Origin: an uncultured Chloroflexia bacterium
GTDB lineage: Bacteria; Chloroflexota; Limnocylindria; Limnocylindrales; CSP1-4
DNA length: 64,000 nucleotides
NCBI GenBank assembly: GCA_963745405.1
Contig: CAVUWY010000002.1
Location: forward strand, 2,005,013 to 2,069,012
Direction: 5' to 3'
This document shows positions 9,332 to 19,307 of the stretch, one piece after another. Each line of letters opens with the position of its first letter. The stretch's first letter is position 1. A program made the position numbers and the translations under genes. Under the pieces are notes generated by a model that had not been told where the DNA came from, made no database searches, and worked only from the letters and a program-made list of their open reading frames with translations.

Positions 9332-10819
9332 ATGGTCAAGACATTGAGGACAACGACCGCATTGGCGGCTGTTGTCATGCTCGTGGTCGGCGCGTGCTCG
9401 ACGAGCGCGACGCCGTCGCCGAGCGCGTCCAGCGCGCCGGCCGCGACCACGCCGCCGGCTGCGTCTTCGTCTGCCGGCGCGTCAGCCGCGGCGCCGAGCG
9501 CTGCGCCTTCGGCCGCGGCAGCCGTGCCGACGGTCCCGACCGGTTACACCGAGCTGGACAAGGCACTCGGCTCGGACCAGCCCTACAAGGGCAAGACGGT
9601 TTCGATCCAGGTCCAGTGGACCCAGGGCGAACTCACAAACTTCCAGAACTCGCTGGCCGACTTCGCGAAGGCCACGGGTATCACTGTCCAGGTCGACAGT
9701 GTCCCGACCAGCCACGAGACGGTTCTGAAGAGCCGGATCGAGGGCGGGGCGCCGCCTGACATCGCTCAGCTCGCCCAGCCGACGCCTGTCCTGGCCTACG
9801 CGGCCGAGGGCAAGGTGATCGACCTGGCCACGTTCATGCCCGGCGGCAAGCTCCAGTCGGAGCATCCGGCCACGATCGGCCTGGTCAGCCAGGGCGACAA
9901 GATCTGGGGCCTCCCGTACAAGGCTGACGTCAAGTCGACGATCTGGTACCCGATCAAGGCGTTCGCTGCCGCGGGTTACACGGTGCCGAAGACGTGGACC
10001 GACCTCATCGCGTTGTCCGACAAGATCGCCGCGTCCGGCACCAACCCCTGGTGCATCAGCGCAGGCGGCCCAGGCGACGCGACCGGCTGGCAGATCACCG
10101 ACTGGGTCGAGGAAGTCGTCCTCAAGACGAAGGGCCTCGCCTACTACAACGACTGGATCAGCCACAAGGTCACGTTCGAAGACCCGGGTATCAAGGACGC
10201 GTTCGACAAGTACGTCGGCAAGATCTTCTTCACCCCCAACTACGTGTACGGTGGCGCGCAGGCGATCATCAACACGGATCAGAAGACGACCATGGATCCG
10301 ATGTTCAATCAGGACCTGGCGGCACCGAAGTGCTGGATGCAGAAGGTCCCCACCTGGTACGGGCCGGACTTCTTCCCGGATCAGCGGGCCAGCGGCCAGC
10401 CGTCCAAGTACGTCGTCGGTACGGACGTCGGGATCTTCCCGTTCCCGACGATCGATCCGAGCCAGGCCAACATCGAGGGCTCCGCTGACACCATGATGGT
10501 GCTCAAGGACCGGCCCGAAGTTCGCGCGACCATCGAGTTCCTCGCCACGCCGCAAGGCCTCCAGCGATGGATCGAGGCGGGCAGCGCGATCTCGACCAAC
10601 ACCTCCACCCCGGACTCCTGGTACGCCGGGTCCTACAAGCTGCAGGTCGCGTCGGGCATCGTCAAGACCGCTGCCGGCATCGGCTTCGATGCTTCGGATC
10701 TCATGCCCGGTGCCGTCGGCGCCGGCACGTTCTGGACCAAGTCCGTCGACTGGGTCAATAACAACGGTCAGAACACCGATGCCACGCTGAAGGCTATCGA
10801 CGACAGCTGGCCCAAGTAA
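9332..10819 (+). CDS. ABC sugar transporter substrate-binding lipoprotein
   Basis: ATG 9332 after AGGAGGAGGA. Lipobox VVGAC, then an Ala/Ser/Pro linker and a family-1 SBP body. Confidence 0.85.
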   Translation: MVKTLRTTTALAAVVMLVVGACSTSATPSPSASSAPAATTPPAASSSAGASAAAPSAAPSAAAAVPTVPTGYTELDKALGSDQPYKGKTVSIQVQWTQGELTNFQNSLADFAKATGITVQVDSVPTSHETVLKSRIEGGAPPDIAQLAQPTPVLAYAAEGKVIDLATFMPGGKLQSEHPATIGLVSQGDKIWGLPYKADVKSTIWYPIKAFAAAGYTVPKTWTDLIALSDKIAASGTNPWCISAGGPGDATGWQITDWVEEVVLKTKGLAYYNDWISHKVTFEDPGIKDAFDKYVGKIFFTPNYVYGGAQAIINTDQKTTMDPMFNQDLAAPKCWMQKVPTWYGPDFFPDQRASGQPSKYVVGTDVGIFPFPTIDPSQANIEGSADTMMVLKDRPEVRATIEFLATPQGLQRWIEAGSAISTNTSTPDSWYAGSYKLQVASGIVKTAAGIGFDASDLMPGAVGAGTFWTKSVDWVNNNGQNTDATLKAIDDSWPK

Positions 10820-10839
10820 GTTATCGTCAGCGAACTAGC

Positions 10840-10873
10840 GCGGGGCGCCGACCCCCTCGGGTCGGCGCCCCGC
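10840..10873 (+). terminator. 15-bp perfect GC stem-loop between the SBP and permease genes (attenuator or stabiliser type, no U-tract)
   Basis: GCGGGGCGCCGACCC-cctc-GGGTCGGCGCCCCGC, read directly. Confidence 0.4.
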
Positions 10874-10937
10874 TACTATCGGCTCGGCGCCCGCTACTGA
10901 TCGAGTACCACTACTACTGATCGATAGAGGAGGGTAG

Positions 10938-12104
10938 GTGGCCGCAGTCCCGCGCAGCGAGAACCCACCGCTGTCGCGTTTCATCCTGCCGATCCTGGGC
11001 CTGGTCGCCCTCGGCGCGTGCGTCGGCGGGATCCTCGTCCTGATCGATCCCCACGGCGGGGCGAACCTGCTCGCCGGGATCTACGACACGCTCGGGAACA
11101 GCTCCGGGGCCCAGGCTCTGCGCAACGGCCAGGGTGACCAGGTGATCGCCAAGCTGATCCTGGCCGTCATCGCCCTCGGCGTCGGCGTCGGCGGGATCTG
11201 GCTGCTGTTCCTCGGCGTCGGCGGACTGGTCGGCACGCTCCGGCCGGACCGGCGCGATCGGATACTGCCGTGGGTGTTCGTCGGCCCCGCATTGATCCTG
11301 CTGGCCACGTACCTGCTGTACCCCGGGGTGGCGACATTCGCCCGCAGTTTCTTCGATGCCAAGGGAGCGTTCACCCTCGACAACTACGCCGTGATGACGA
11401 CTCCCGACATGATCGAGATCCTGCGGAACAACGTCATCTGGCTCGTCGTGGCGACGGGTGGCAGCGTGATCCTCGGCCTCGTGTTCGCCGGCCTCTTCGA
11501 TCGGATCCGCCGGGAATCGCTGGCCAAGACGCTGGTCTTCCTGCCGCTGGCGATCTCGCTGATCGGCGCATCCGTCATCTGGGGATTCATGTACGCCTGG
11601 GAGCCGGCGGGTCAGCCCCAGATCGGACTCCTGAACGCCATCATCGTCGGGTTCGGTGGGAAGGCGATTCCCTTCTTCACCTCCAACCCGCTCAACATCT
11701 TCGCCGAGATCGTGATCATGATCTGGCTCCAGACGGGCTTCGCGATGGTCGTGCTCTCGGCCGCCATCAAGGGGGTCTCGACCGAGGTCATCGAGGCGGC
11801 TCGGCTCGATGGAGCCAATGAGCGCCAGCTCTTCCTCCGGGTCATCGTGCCCCAGATCCGTGGCTCCATCGTCACGGTCGCCACGACCATCGCCATCGTC
11901 ACCCTCAAGATCTTCGACATCGTGTACGTGACGACCGGCGGCCAATTCGGCGATGACGTGGTCGCCAATCGGATGTTCCACGAGATGTTCCAGTTCTTCA
12001 ACGACGGCCATGCCGCGGCGATGGCGACACTGCTGTTCGTCGCCGTCCTGCCCGTCATGTACGTGAACCTCCGGAACTTCCGCAGACAGCAGGTGGAATC
12101 ATGA
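10938..12104 (+). CDS. ABC sugar transporter permease (MalF-like)
   Basis: GTG start after GGAGGG. Multi-TM protein with an EAA-type loop (IEAARLDGANERQLF). Confidence 0.85.
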   Translation: MAAVPRSENPPLSRFILPILGLVALGACVGGILVLIDPHGGANLLAGIYDTLGNSSGAQALRNGQGDQVIAKLILAVIALGVGVGGIWLLFLGVGGLVGTLRPDRRDRILPWVFVGPALILLATYLLYPGVATFARSFFDAKGAFTLDNYAVMTTPDMIEILRNNVIWLVVATGGSVILGLVFAGLFDRIRRESLAKTLVFLPLAISLIGASVIWGFMYAWEPAGQPQIGLLNAIIVGFGGKAIPFFTSNPLNIFAEIVIMIWLQTGFAMVVLSAAIKGVSTEVIEAARLDGANERQLFLRVIVPQIRGSIVTVATTIAIVTLKIFDIVYVTTGGQFGDDVVANRMFHEMFQFFNDGHAAAMATLLFVAVLPVMYVNLRNFRRQQVES

Positions 12105-13003
12105 CCGCGCCCGCCCTGCCAGCCGCCCGCGCCACGGCACGCGTCTCGCCCTGGCGGCCGGCGCTCCTGCGCAGCCTGCCGGTACGGCTCTCCGTCCTGG
12201 TGATCTGCGCCCTGTGGACCATCCCCACCCTGGGTCTGCTGGTGACGTCGGTGCGCAATCCGGAGCAGATCAGCTCCACCGGCTGGTGGACGGCGCTCCT
12301 CAACCCGCTCGCGCCCGACCAGTGGACGCTTTCGAACTACAGCCAGGTCCTCAACGCCGGCGGCATGGGCCCCGCCTTCCTCAACAGCCTGATCGTGACC
12401 GTGCCGTCGACCGTCATCCCGATCACCATCGCGGCGTTCGCCGCGTATGCGTTCGCCTGGATCCCCTTCCGCGGCCGCGGCATCCTGTTCACCATCGTCG
12501 TGGGACTGCTGGTCGTGCCCATCCAGATGTCGCTGATCCCGGTCCTGAAGCTCTACAGCGGCGCGTCGCTGTACGGCACGTTCCTCGGAATCTGGCTGGC
12601 CCACACCGGCTTCGGCCTGCCGCTGGCGATCTTCCTGCTCTACAACTTCATGTCGCAGCTGCCCCGCGACCTGTTCGAATCGGCCGCCCTCGACGGGGCG
12701 TCGCACCTCCAGACGTTCATCCGGATCGTGCTCCCGCTGTCGATCCCGGCCCTCGGCGCCTTCGCCATCTTCCAGTTCCTGTGGGTCTGGAACGACCTGC
12801 TCGTCGCGCTGACGTTCCTGGGTCCGTCCAACGACCTTCGGGTCATGCCGACGGCTCTCTATGCCCTGCTCGGGAGCCGGGGTGGACAGTGGCAGCTCCT
12901 CACCGCCGGCGCGTTCGTCACCATGGCCCTGCCGCTGCTGGTCTTCCTGTTGCTCCAGCGGGCCTTCGTCAGAGGGATCCTGGCCGGCTCAGTGAAGTCG
13001 TGA
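12101..13003 (+). CDS. ABC sugar transporter permease (MalG-like)
   Basis: ATGA overlap with the upstream permease. EAA loop (ESAALDGASHLQTF). Confidence 0.9.
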   Translation: MTAPALPAARATARVSPWRPALLRSLPVRLSVLVICALWTIPTLGLLVTSVRNPEQISSTGWWTALLNPLAPDQWTLSNYSQVLNAGGMGPAFLNSLIVTVPSTVIPITIAAFAAYAFAWIPFRGRGILFTIVVGLLVVPIQMSLIPVLKLYSGASLYGTFLGIWLAHTGFGLPLAIFLLYNFMSQLPRDLFESAALDGASHLQTFIRIVLPLSIPALGAFAIFQFLWVWNDLLVALTFLGPSNDLRVMPTALYALLGSRGGQWQLLTAGAFVTMALPLLVFLLLQRAFVRGILAGSVKS

Positions 13004-13060
13004 CGCCGGCGCCGTCCGCGTCGCCGTCGTCGGCCCCGGGTGGCCGATCGCGGAGGGACT

Positions 13061-14425
13061 CTACTCCCCGGCGATGAGCCGCTGATACCAGCGCGCGCTG
13101 TCCTTGGGCGTCCGGCGCTGGCTGTCGAAGTCGACGTGGACCAGGCCGAACCGCCGGCTGTAGCCGTAGCTCCACTCGTAGTTGTCGAGCAGCGACCAGG
13201 CGTGGTAACCGGTCAGCGGCACTCCTCCCTCGAGTGCCTCGGAGACCGCGGCGACGTGGCGTGCCAGGTACTCCAGCCGGCTCGCGTCGCGCACGCCACC
13301 GTCCTGGTCGACGGTATCGGGGTACGCGGCGCCGTTCTCGGTCACCACGATCTCGCGGGGCGCGTAGGTCCGATGGAGCTCGAGCAGGACGTCGCGCAGC
13401 CCGTCGGGTGCGACGTGCCAGTCCATCTGCGTCTGCTCCGAGTCCGCCACGGCGCCGATCTCCCAGTCGAAGGGGCGGTCCGACCTCGCGCTGACGGAGT
13501 CGCGCCGGTAGTAGTTCAGGCCCAGGTAATCGAGATCGCCGGCCGGTGGCTCGGCGAGGTCGACGCCCTCGAGGTGCCCGGCTGCGCGATGCGCCTCGAG
13601 TCCGAGCGCCGGGTAGCCACGGCCGAAGAGCGGATCGAGGAACCACGCGTCGCGAGCGGAGCTCCACTGCTCGGCGGCGATCCGATCCCGCTCCGAACCG
13701 GTCGCCGGCGAGACCTGGTTGACATCGATGGCCACGCCGACTCGCGGGTGGTCGACCAGTGCGCGGATCGCCCCGGCCGCGCCGGCATGGGCGCGCAGTT
13801 GGTTGTCGGCCACCCGGATCGCCGTCGGCCAGTGGCGCAAACCTGGTGCATGGATGCCGTCGGCGTGGCCGATGAAGGCGAAGACGGCCGGCTCGTTGAA
13901 CGTCATCCAATCCTTGACCCGGTCGCCCAGGTTCGATGCGATCAGTGCGGCGTAGTCCGTGAACCAGTCCACGACCTGCGGGTCGGCGAAACCGCCGCGG
14001 TCCTGCAACGCCTGCGGCAGGTCCCAGTGGAACAGGTTGACCAGCGGTCTCACGCCCGCCCCGAGCAGGGAGTCGACGAGGCGCTGGTAGAAGTCGAGGC
14101 CGCGCTGGTTGACGGCACCGGTCCCCGTAGGCAGGACGCGCGGCCAGCTGACGCTGAAGCGATAGGCGCGCGCTCCCAGATCGGCCAACAGCCGTACGTC
14201 CTCCGGGAAGCGGTGGTAGTGGTCGCAGGCGACGTCGCCCGTGCTGCCATCGGCGATGGCGCCCGGCTGGCGAGCGAAGGTGTCCCAGATCGACGGTCCT
14301 CGGCCGTCCTCGGCCGCCGCACCCTCGATCTGGTAGGCGGAGGCGGCGAAGCCCCAGCCGAAGTCGGCGGGGAAGGGCCGGCCGAGACGGACCGGGTCGG
14401 TGTCGAACGTCGGCGGTGCACTCAC
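13061..14425 (-). CDS. GH1 beta-glucosidase
   Basis: FGWGFAASAYQIEG N-terminus, acid/base TFNEP and nucleophile VTENG motifs. Confidence 0.9.
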   Translation of the reverse strand: MSAPPTFDTDPVRLGRPFPADFGWGFAASAYQIEGAAAEDGRGPSIWDTFARQPGAIADGSTGDVACDHYHRFPEDVRLLADLGARAYRFSVSWPRVLPTGTGAVNQRGLDFYQRLVDSLLGAGVRPLVNLFHWDLPQALQDRGGFADPQVVDWFTDYAALIASNLGDRVKDWMTFNEPAVFAFIGHADGIHAPGLRHWPTAIRVADNQLRAHAGAAGAIRALVDHPRVGVAIDVNQVSPATGSERDRIAAEQWSSARDAWFLDPLFGRGYPALGLEAHRAAGHLEGVDLAEPPAGDLDYLGLNYYRRDSVSARSDRPFDWEIGAVADSEQTQMDWHVAPDGLRDVLLELHRTYAPREIVVTENGAAYPDTVDQDGGVRDASRLEYLARHVAAVSEALEGGVPLTGYHAWSLLDNYEWSYGYSRRFGLVHVDFDSQRRTPKDSARWYQRLIAGE

Positions 14426-14635
14426 CCGTCGATCGTATATGAGTCAGTCCGCTCCTGGCGGTCGCACCCGGGATTCCCGGGTGAATCAGCCTATCGCTAC
14501 GACCGACCCGCCGCCTCGGCGGCCCTGTATCGTTCGCCGCGGTGCCTCCCTCATCCGCCGGGCGAGGGACGGTGCCTGGGTCGAAGGTGGTTGCCGTGAC
14601 GCGCATCCGGGAGATCGAGCGGGTCGAGGCGACGC

Positions 14636-15106
14636 GTGCCCGGTGAGGCACTCCTCGTCGGGATCGCGACGATCGCCGTCGTCGTGGCCGGTTTCGCGGC
14701 GATCGCACCCGGACTGGCGGCGGACAGGGCGGGCTGGACGGCCGGCCAGCGCTTCCGCCTCCGCGGCATCGTGTCGACGAGCTTCAACGTGACGTTCGAG
14801 AGCCTGCTGCCGGCGGTGCTCTATCCCGCGCTCGACGACGCACGGATGACGCTCGTCGTCTCGAGCGCCCTGGTCTTCTTCTATGCGCTCTTCGTCATCA
14901 CCGTCCGGTATCGACAGCTGGTCCAGGCGCGGGTGCCGTGGGTCCGCTGGACGCAGTTCGTCGTCGCCTCGGGGGTCACGGCGACAGCCCTGTTCGGACT
15001 GAACGCTCTCGTATTCGCGTCCCTGACCGTGTACGCGCTCGCCCTGTGCCTCCAGCTGTCCGTGGCCGCCATCAGCTTCTATTCGCTGGCCGCCAGCGCC
15101 GAGTAA
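14636..15106 (+). CDS. Hypothetical integral membrane protein
   Basis: GTG start. 4-5 hydrophobic helices. No known domain recognised. Confidence 0.45.
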   Translation: MPGEALLVGIATIAVVVAGFAAIAPGLAADRAGWTAGQRFRLRGIVSTSFNVTFESLLPAVLYPALDDARMTLVVSSALVFFYALFVITVRYRQLVQARVPWVRWTQFVVASGVTATALFGLNALVFASLTVYALALCLQLSVAAISFYSLAASAE

Positions 15107-15129
15107 GGCGTCAAGCGCTCCCCGACCAG

Positions 15130-15804
15130 CTAGCTCTGGTCGGCGTACTGCAATGGCGTGACCACGAAGCCGTCCGGCAGTTTCACGCCGGTCGCGTGGT
15201 TCGGGCAGTAGCCGTTCGGGTTCTTGGCCAGGTACTGCTGGTGGTAACCCTCGGCGTAGTAGAAGGGCCCTGCGTCGGCGATCTCCGTCGTGATCTGGCC
15301 GTAGCCGGAGGCCGTCAGGCTCTTCTGATACGCGTTGCGCGAGGCCTCGGCGATCGCCCGCTGATCGGCGTCGGCGACGAGGATGATCGAGCGGTACTGG
15401 GTGCCGTGGTCGTTGCCCTGGCGCATGCCCTGGGTCGGGTCGTGGTGCTCCCAGAAGACCTTGAGGAGCTCCTCGTACGAGACCTTCGCCGGGTCATAGA
15501 TGACGAGGACGACCTCGGCATGGCCGGTCTTGCCGCTGCAGACCTCGCCGTAGTCGGGGTTCGGTGTGAGGCCGCCGGCGTAGCCGACCGCGGTCGACAC
15601 GACGCCGGGGGTCTCCCAGAAGTCCTTCTCGTCGCCCCAGAAGCAGCCGAGTCCGAAGATCGCCGTCCGGGTCCCGTCGGGGAACGGCGGAACGATCCGC
15701 TGGCCGTTGACGAAATGAGTCTCGGGGACCGCCATCGGGGTGGCCCGACCGGGCAGTGCATCGGTTGGGTTGGGCATGGTCGCGTCGCGCTTGAAGAGGA
15801 ACAT
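15130..15804 (-). CDS. msrA: Peptide methionine (S)-S-oxide reductase
   Basis: GLGCFWG active-site motif. The N-terminus MFLFKRD...DALPGR aligns with enterobacterial MsrA from memory. Confidence 0.9.
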   Translation of the reverse strand: MFLFKRDATMPNPTDALPGRATPMAVPETHFVNGQRIVPPFPDGTRTAIFGLGCFWGDEKDFWETPGVVSTAVGYAGGLTPNPDYGEVCSGKTGHAEVVLVIYDPAKVSYEELLKVFWEHHDPTQGMRQGNDHGTQYRSIILVADADQRAIAEASRNAYQKSLTASGYGQITTEIADAGPFYYAEGYHQQYLAKNPNGYCPNHATGVKLPDGFVVTPLQYADQS

Positions 15805-15906
15805 GACCTGAGTGTAATCAGCAAGGGAATCGCTGCAGGCGTGCCGGGCGAGGGCGGGTCCGCGGGGACCGGGACGCCGGCCGGTCGACCACGCTACCGT
15901 GAACCG

Positions 15907-16581
15907 ATGACCGAGACCGGTCGGCGCTACATCGACCTGAGCCACGAGATCGTCGACGGGATGACGACGCATCCGGGTATCCCGGCCCCCACCATCTCGA
16001 CGTTCCTCTCGTACGAGGACTCGGCCGCCCGCTACGCCCCCGGCACCACCTTCCAGATCGGCCGGATCGACCTGGTCGCCAACACCGGCACGTACATCGA
16101 CACGCCGGCCCACCGCTTCGCCGGACGGGGAGACACGGCCGATCTCGCCCTCGCTGCGATCGCCGACCTGCCCGGAGTCGTCGTCGACTGCTCAGGGGAG
16201 GATCGGGCGATCGGGCCCGATGCTTTCAAGGGCATCGAGCTCGCCGGCCTCGCTGTCCTCGTCCGCACGGATTGGGACCGCCACTGGGGGACCCCCGAGT
16301 ACCTCGTCGGCCACCCGTTCCTCACCGGCGCCGCAGCGGAGCGGCTCGTCGCCGCGGGCGTGGCCGCGGTCGGGATCGACTCGCTCAACGTCGACTCGCT
16401 CGAGGACCCCGGCCGGCCCGCCCATACCGCGATCCTCGGCGCCGGGCTGCCCCTCATCGAGCACCTGACCGGCCTCGGTGGCCTCCGGACCGGAGGGTTC
16501 CGGTTCTTCGCCGTCCCGCCGCGGGTAAGGGGCATGGCGACATTCCCGGTCCGAGCCTTCGCGATCGTCGGCGAGGGCTGA
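15907..16581 (+). CDS. Cyclase-family protein (arylformamidase/kynurenine-formamidase-like)
   Basis: C-terminal 224 aa of ORF 14938..16581. YIDLSHEI...GTYIDTPAH motif of the putative cyclase family. Confidence 0.75.
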   Translation: MTETGRRYIDLSHEIVDGMTTHPGIPAPTISTFLSYEDSAARYAPGTTFQIGRIDLVANTGTYIDTPAHRFAGRGDTADLALAAIADLPGVVVDCSGEDRAIGPDAFKGIELAGLAVLVRTDWDRHWGTPEYLVGHPFLTGAAAERLVAAGVAAVGIDSLNVDSLEDPGRPAHTAILGAGLPLIEHLTGLGGLRTGGFRFFAVPPRVRGMATFPVRAFAIVGEG

Positions 16582-16618
16582 CGAGGCGCCAGGAAATGTT
16601 GACGGACTAGCCCAGAGC

Positions 16619-16653
16619 CTGCTACCTTGTACTGACAAGGTAGCAGGTAGCAG
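16619..16653. promoter_or_regulatory. Candidate PadR operator overlapping a putative promoter
   Basis: 12-bp perfect palindrome CTGCTACCTTGT-actg-ACAAGGTAGCAG (16619-16646). It is followed by tandem GTAGCAG GTAGCAG ending at the padR ATG. TTGACG at 16599-16604 and TACCTT at 16623-16628 could be the -35/-10 elements. Confidence 0.45.
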
Positions 16654-16974
16654 ATGAACCCAGCGAAACTCAGCCAGCTCCGAAAAGGCCTCCTCGAGTT
16701 CCTGATCCTCGACATCGTGTCCTCCGGCGATGTCTACGTCGCGGACATCGTGGAGCGCCTCGGCCGCACCGACTTCGCCACCCGGGAAGGGACGTTGTAT
16801 CCCCTCCTCAGCACGATGCGACGCGAGGGACTGCTCGACTACGACTGGCGCGAGTCGGCCGCCGGGCCGCCGCGCAAGTACTACCGCCTCACCGACCTCG
16901 GTCGGGATCACCTCGCGGAGTTCCGGGCCTACTGGGCCGCTCTGACATCGCTCATCGAAGAACTGGGAAGGTAA
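16654..16974 (+). CDS. PadR-family transcriptional regulator
   Basis: LEFLILDIV...YPLLSTMRREGLL...KYYRLT is the canonical PadR wHTH. Confidence 0.85.
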   Translation: MNPAKLSQLRKGLLEFLILDIVSSGDVYVADIVERLGRTDFATREGTLYPLLSTMRREGLLDYDWRESAAGPPRKYYRLTDLGRDHLAEFRAYWAALTSLIEELGR

Positions 16975-16978
16975 CAAG

Positions 16979-17482
16979 ATGGAAAAGACGACAGTCGTCA
17001 GCTTCACCGGAGACGACAAGCAGTACCGCTTCGACCAGGCCGCCTACGACCGGCTCGAGCGGTACCTCGATCGGGCCGGCCGCCGGCTCGCCGACGATCC
17101 GGACCGGGCGGAGGTCCTCGGCGACCTCGAGCGCTCCATCGGCGACCGGCTCTCAGCGATGCTGGGGTCCACCGACCGGCTGATCACCGCCGCGGACATC
17201 GAGGCGGTCCTCGACGAGATCGGCATGGTCGACACCGGCCGCGATCCAGGGACCGATGAGAGTGCCCCGCCACCGCGCCGTCGTCGGCTCCGCCGGATCC
17301 AGCAGGGTCAGGCGTTCGCCGGCGTGTGCAACGGCCTGGCCGACTATGCCGACATCGGCGTCGACTGGGTGCGGACCGGGTTCGTCCTCGGCTCGCTCGT
17401 CACCGGCGGTCTCCTGGCGGTGGTGTACATCGCGCTCGTGTTCATCCTGCCGGTCAGCCCGACCCGCGACTCGCCGAGCTGA
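16979..17482 (+). CDS. PspC-domain membrane protein
   Basis: The C-terminal FAGVCNGLADY...WVRTGFVL... PspC motif is followed by a TM helix. It lies 4 nt after padR. Confidence 0.75.
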   Translation: MEKTTVVSFTGDDKQYRFDQAAYDRLERYLDRAGRRLADDPDRAEVLGDLERSIGDRLSAMLGSTDRLITAADIEAVLDEIGMVDTGRDPGTDESAPPPRRRRLRRIQQGQAFAGVCNGLADYADIGVDWVRTGFVLGSLVTGGLLAVVYIALVFILPVSPTRDSPS

Positions 17483-17553
17483 CGGGCGCGCACTCCGCCT
17501 GGCGGGTGCCCGTCCGGGACCAGGAGGGACTGTTGGTAGACTTGGTCCCTCGG

Positions 17554-17629
17554 GCGGGAGTAGCTCAGTCGGTAGAGCGTCAGCCTTCCAAGCTGAATGT
17601 CGCGAGTTCGAACCTCGTCTCCCGCTCCA
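17554..17629 (+). tRNA. tRNA-Gly (anticodon UCC), CCA encoded
   Basis: Hand-folded cloverleaf: acceptor GCGGGAG/CTCCCGC, D stem GCTC/GAGC, anticodon stem TCAGC/GCTGA, loop CTTCCAA, T arm GCGAG-TTCGAAC-CTCGT. 76 nt. Confidence 0.9.
17584..17629 (+). repeat. attL core (3' 46 nt of tRNA-Gly)
   Basis: CCTTCCAAGCTGAATGTCGCGAGTTCGAACCTCGTCTCCCGCTCCA. Matches 22211-22256 at 45/46 positions (C17613 versus T22240). Confidence 0.8.
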
Positions 17630-17745
17630 ACCCCTCTTTTCGTGCTCGGATCGAGCGATAGCCTGATCGTCGAGCCGATTCGCTGAATCGCCAAAACAGT
17701 GCCACAGCGACAAACTGGACAGATTCGATTTAGACTCCGCGGGCT

Positions 17746-18657
17746 ATGCCTACCACCGCCCCGTCGGTCACGGGACCCCTCGTCGCCGACCTCCTTCCCT
17801 CATTCCGTCGTCACCTCCGGGCCGAGAATCGCTCGCCCGGGACCGAGCGTGTCTACTGCGACACGGTCAACGACTTTGATCGGTTCCTCGTCCGCAGCGG
17901 GATGCCGCGGACGGCCCGCTCCCTCCGCCGGGAGCATGTCGAGGCGTTCATCGAGGCGCGCCTGGCGACGGTCGCCCCGGCGACGGCCAACCGGGAATAC
18001 CGCTCCCTACAGGCGTTCTTCAAGTGGGCCGACGGCGAGGACGAACTCGACGCCTCGCCGATGGCCCGGATGCGCCCGCCACGCGTCCCCGAGAAGCCCG
18101 TCCCGATCGTCGCCGATGACGAACTCGCGCGACTCCTCCGGGCATGCGAGGGCAAGACCTACGTCGATTTCCGGGACACCGCGATCATCCGGCTGTTCGC
18201 GTCCTCCGGCGCTCGTCTCTCCGAGATCGCGGGCCTGACCACCGACGATGTCGATTTCGATGACGAGGTAATCCGGGTCATCGGCAAGGGCAATCGGCCA
18301 CGTGCCGTCCCGTTTGGGCGCAAGGCCGGACGGGCGCTCGATCGCTACCTCCGCCTCCGCGGTCGGCGGCGTGACGCTGCCCGCTCCGAACTCTGGCTCG
18401 GCCTTGCCGGGCCGATGACGCCGTCCGGGATTTACCAGGTTATCCGGGACCGCTGCCGACTGGCCGGGATCGACCACGTCAACCCCCACCGGTTCCGCCA
18501 CACGTACGCCCACAAGAAGCTCGCGGGCGGCATGCAGGAGAACGACCTCATGCGTCTGACGGGCTGGCGGTCGCGGTCGATGGTGGGCCGGTATGCGGCC
18601 TCGACCGCCGATGAACGGGCGAGGGCCGCCTTTCGCAAGCTCGACGACGAGGTATGA
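17746..18657 (+). CDS. Tyrosine recombinase / phage-type integrase
   Basis: SAM-like N-domain plus catalytic R...HRFRHT...GRY motifs. 303 aa. Confidence 0.9.
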   Translation: MPTTAPSVTGPLVADLLPSFRRHLRAENRSPGTERVYCDTVNDFDRFLVRSGMPRTARSLRREHVEAFIEARLATVAPATANREYRSLQAFFKWADGEDELDASPMARMRPPRVPEKPVPIVADDELARLLRACEGKTYVDFRDTAIIRLFASSGARLSEIAGLTTDDVDFDDEVIRVIGKGNRPRAVPFGRKAGRALDRYLRLRGRRRDAARSELWLGLAGPMTPSGIYQVIRDRCRLAGIDHVNPHRFRHTYAHKKLAGGMQENDLMRLTGWRSRSMVGRYAASTADERARAAFRKLDDEV

Positions 18658-19244
18658 GCGGTCATCGCAGTCCGCCTGAGAGGGACGACCGGCCCCCCGA
18701 CGTCGATCCCGACAGCGACCCGCCGTACGGCAACATCGAGACGCTCATCGATCTGGACCCCACCGGGTTGGCCCACTTGCTCGACGCGGTGGCTCGGTTC
18801 AGCAATGACCAGGACCTCACCGCGGTGGTCGACACCCTTGAAGGGGCTCGACCGATCCGCACGCCGCCAGGCGTACGCCTTGGAGCCGTCCGCCCAGTCC
18901 CGCCGGACGTGGAACGCGACGACCGTCCCGGCAGCGTCACCCTCACCCACCCGACCGCCGGTCCGTCGATCGCGAACCTCAGCTCGGGCCAGTGGCACGA
19001 GCGGCCAGGCGACCCAGACCGCGACCTCGTCGAGCGATGGGCCCCCCTCATCGCCGCCAGGCTCGGGGGGCGGGGGGTGCCGTGTGCCGTGGAGGGGTGC
19101 GGGGCCGATGCTGCCGTCATGCTGACGGGGCGGGTGGCGATCTGCCGACCCCACCTCGATACCCCGGTCGGGGCGGCACTGCCCAAGCGGGGCGGGCTGC
19201 GGGCTGCCGCCGCGTCCGTCACCGCCGCGCTCGTGCGCGCCTAG
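18654..19244 (+). CDS. Hypothetical protein translationally coupled to the integrase
   Basis: ATGA overlap with the int stop. GC3-rich. Cys/His cluster CAVEGC...CRPH. No family recognised. Confidence 0.45.
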   Translation: MSGHRSPPERDDRPPDVDPDSDPPYGNIETLIDLDPTGLAHLLDAVARFSNDQDLTAVVDTLEGARPIRTPPGVRLGAVRPVPPDVERDDRPGSVTLTHPTAGPSIANLSSGQWHERPGDPDRDLVERWAPLIAARLGGRGVPCAVEGCGADAAVMLTGRVAICRPHLDTPVGAALPKRGGLRAAAASVTAALVRA

Positions 19245-19307
19245 GGTGCGCGGTCGGGCGGACGAGTCGGCGATGAACAAGGCGGTCTATCTTCTGGGCT
19301 CATCGAG

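Noticed and set aside
9332-13003. Missing ATPase gene in both sugar ABC operons (also 32358..36157) as an anomaly
   Set aside because: Actinobacterial CUT1 importers commonly share an unlinked MsiK-type ATPase, so this is not unusual.
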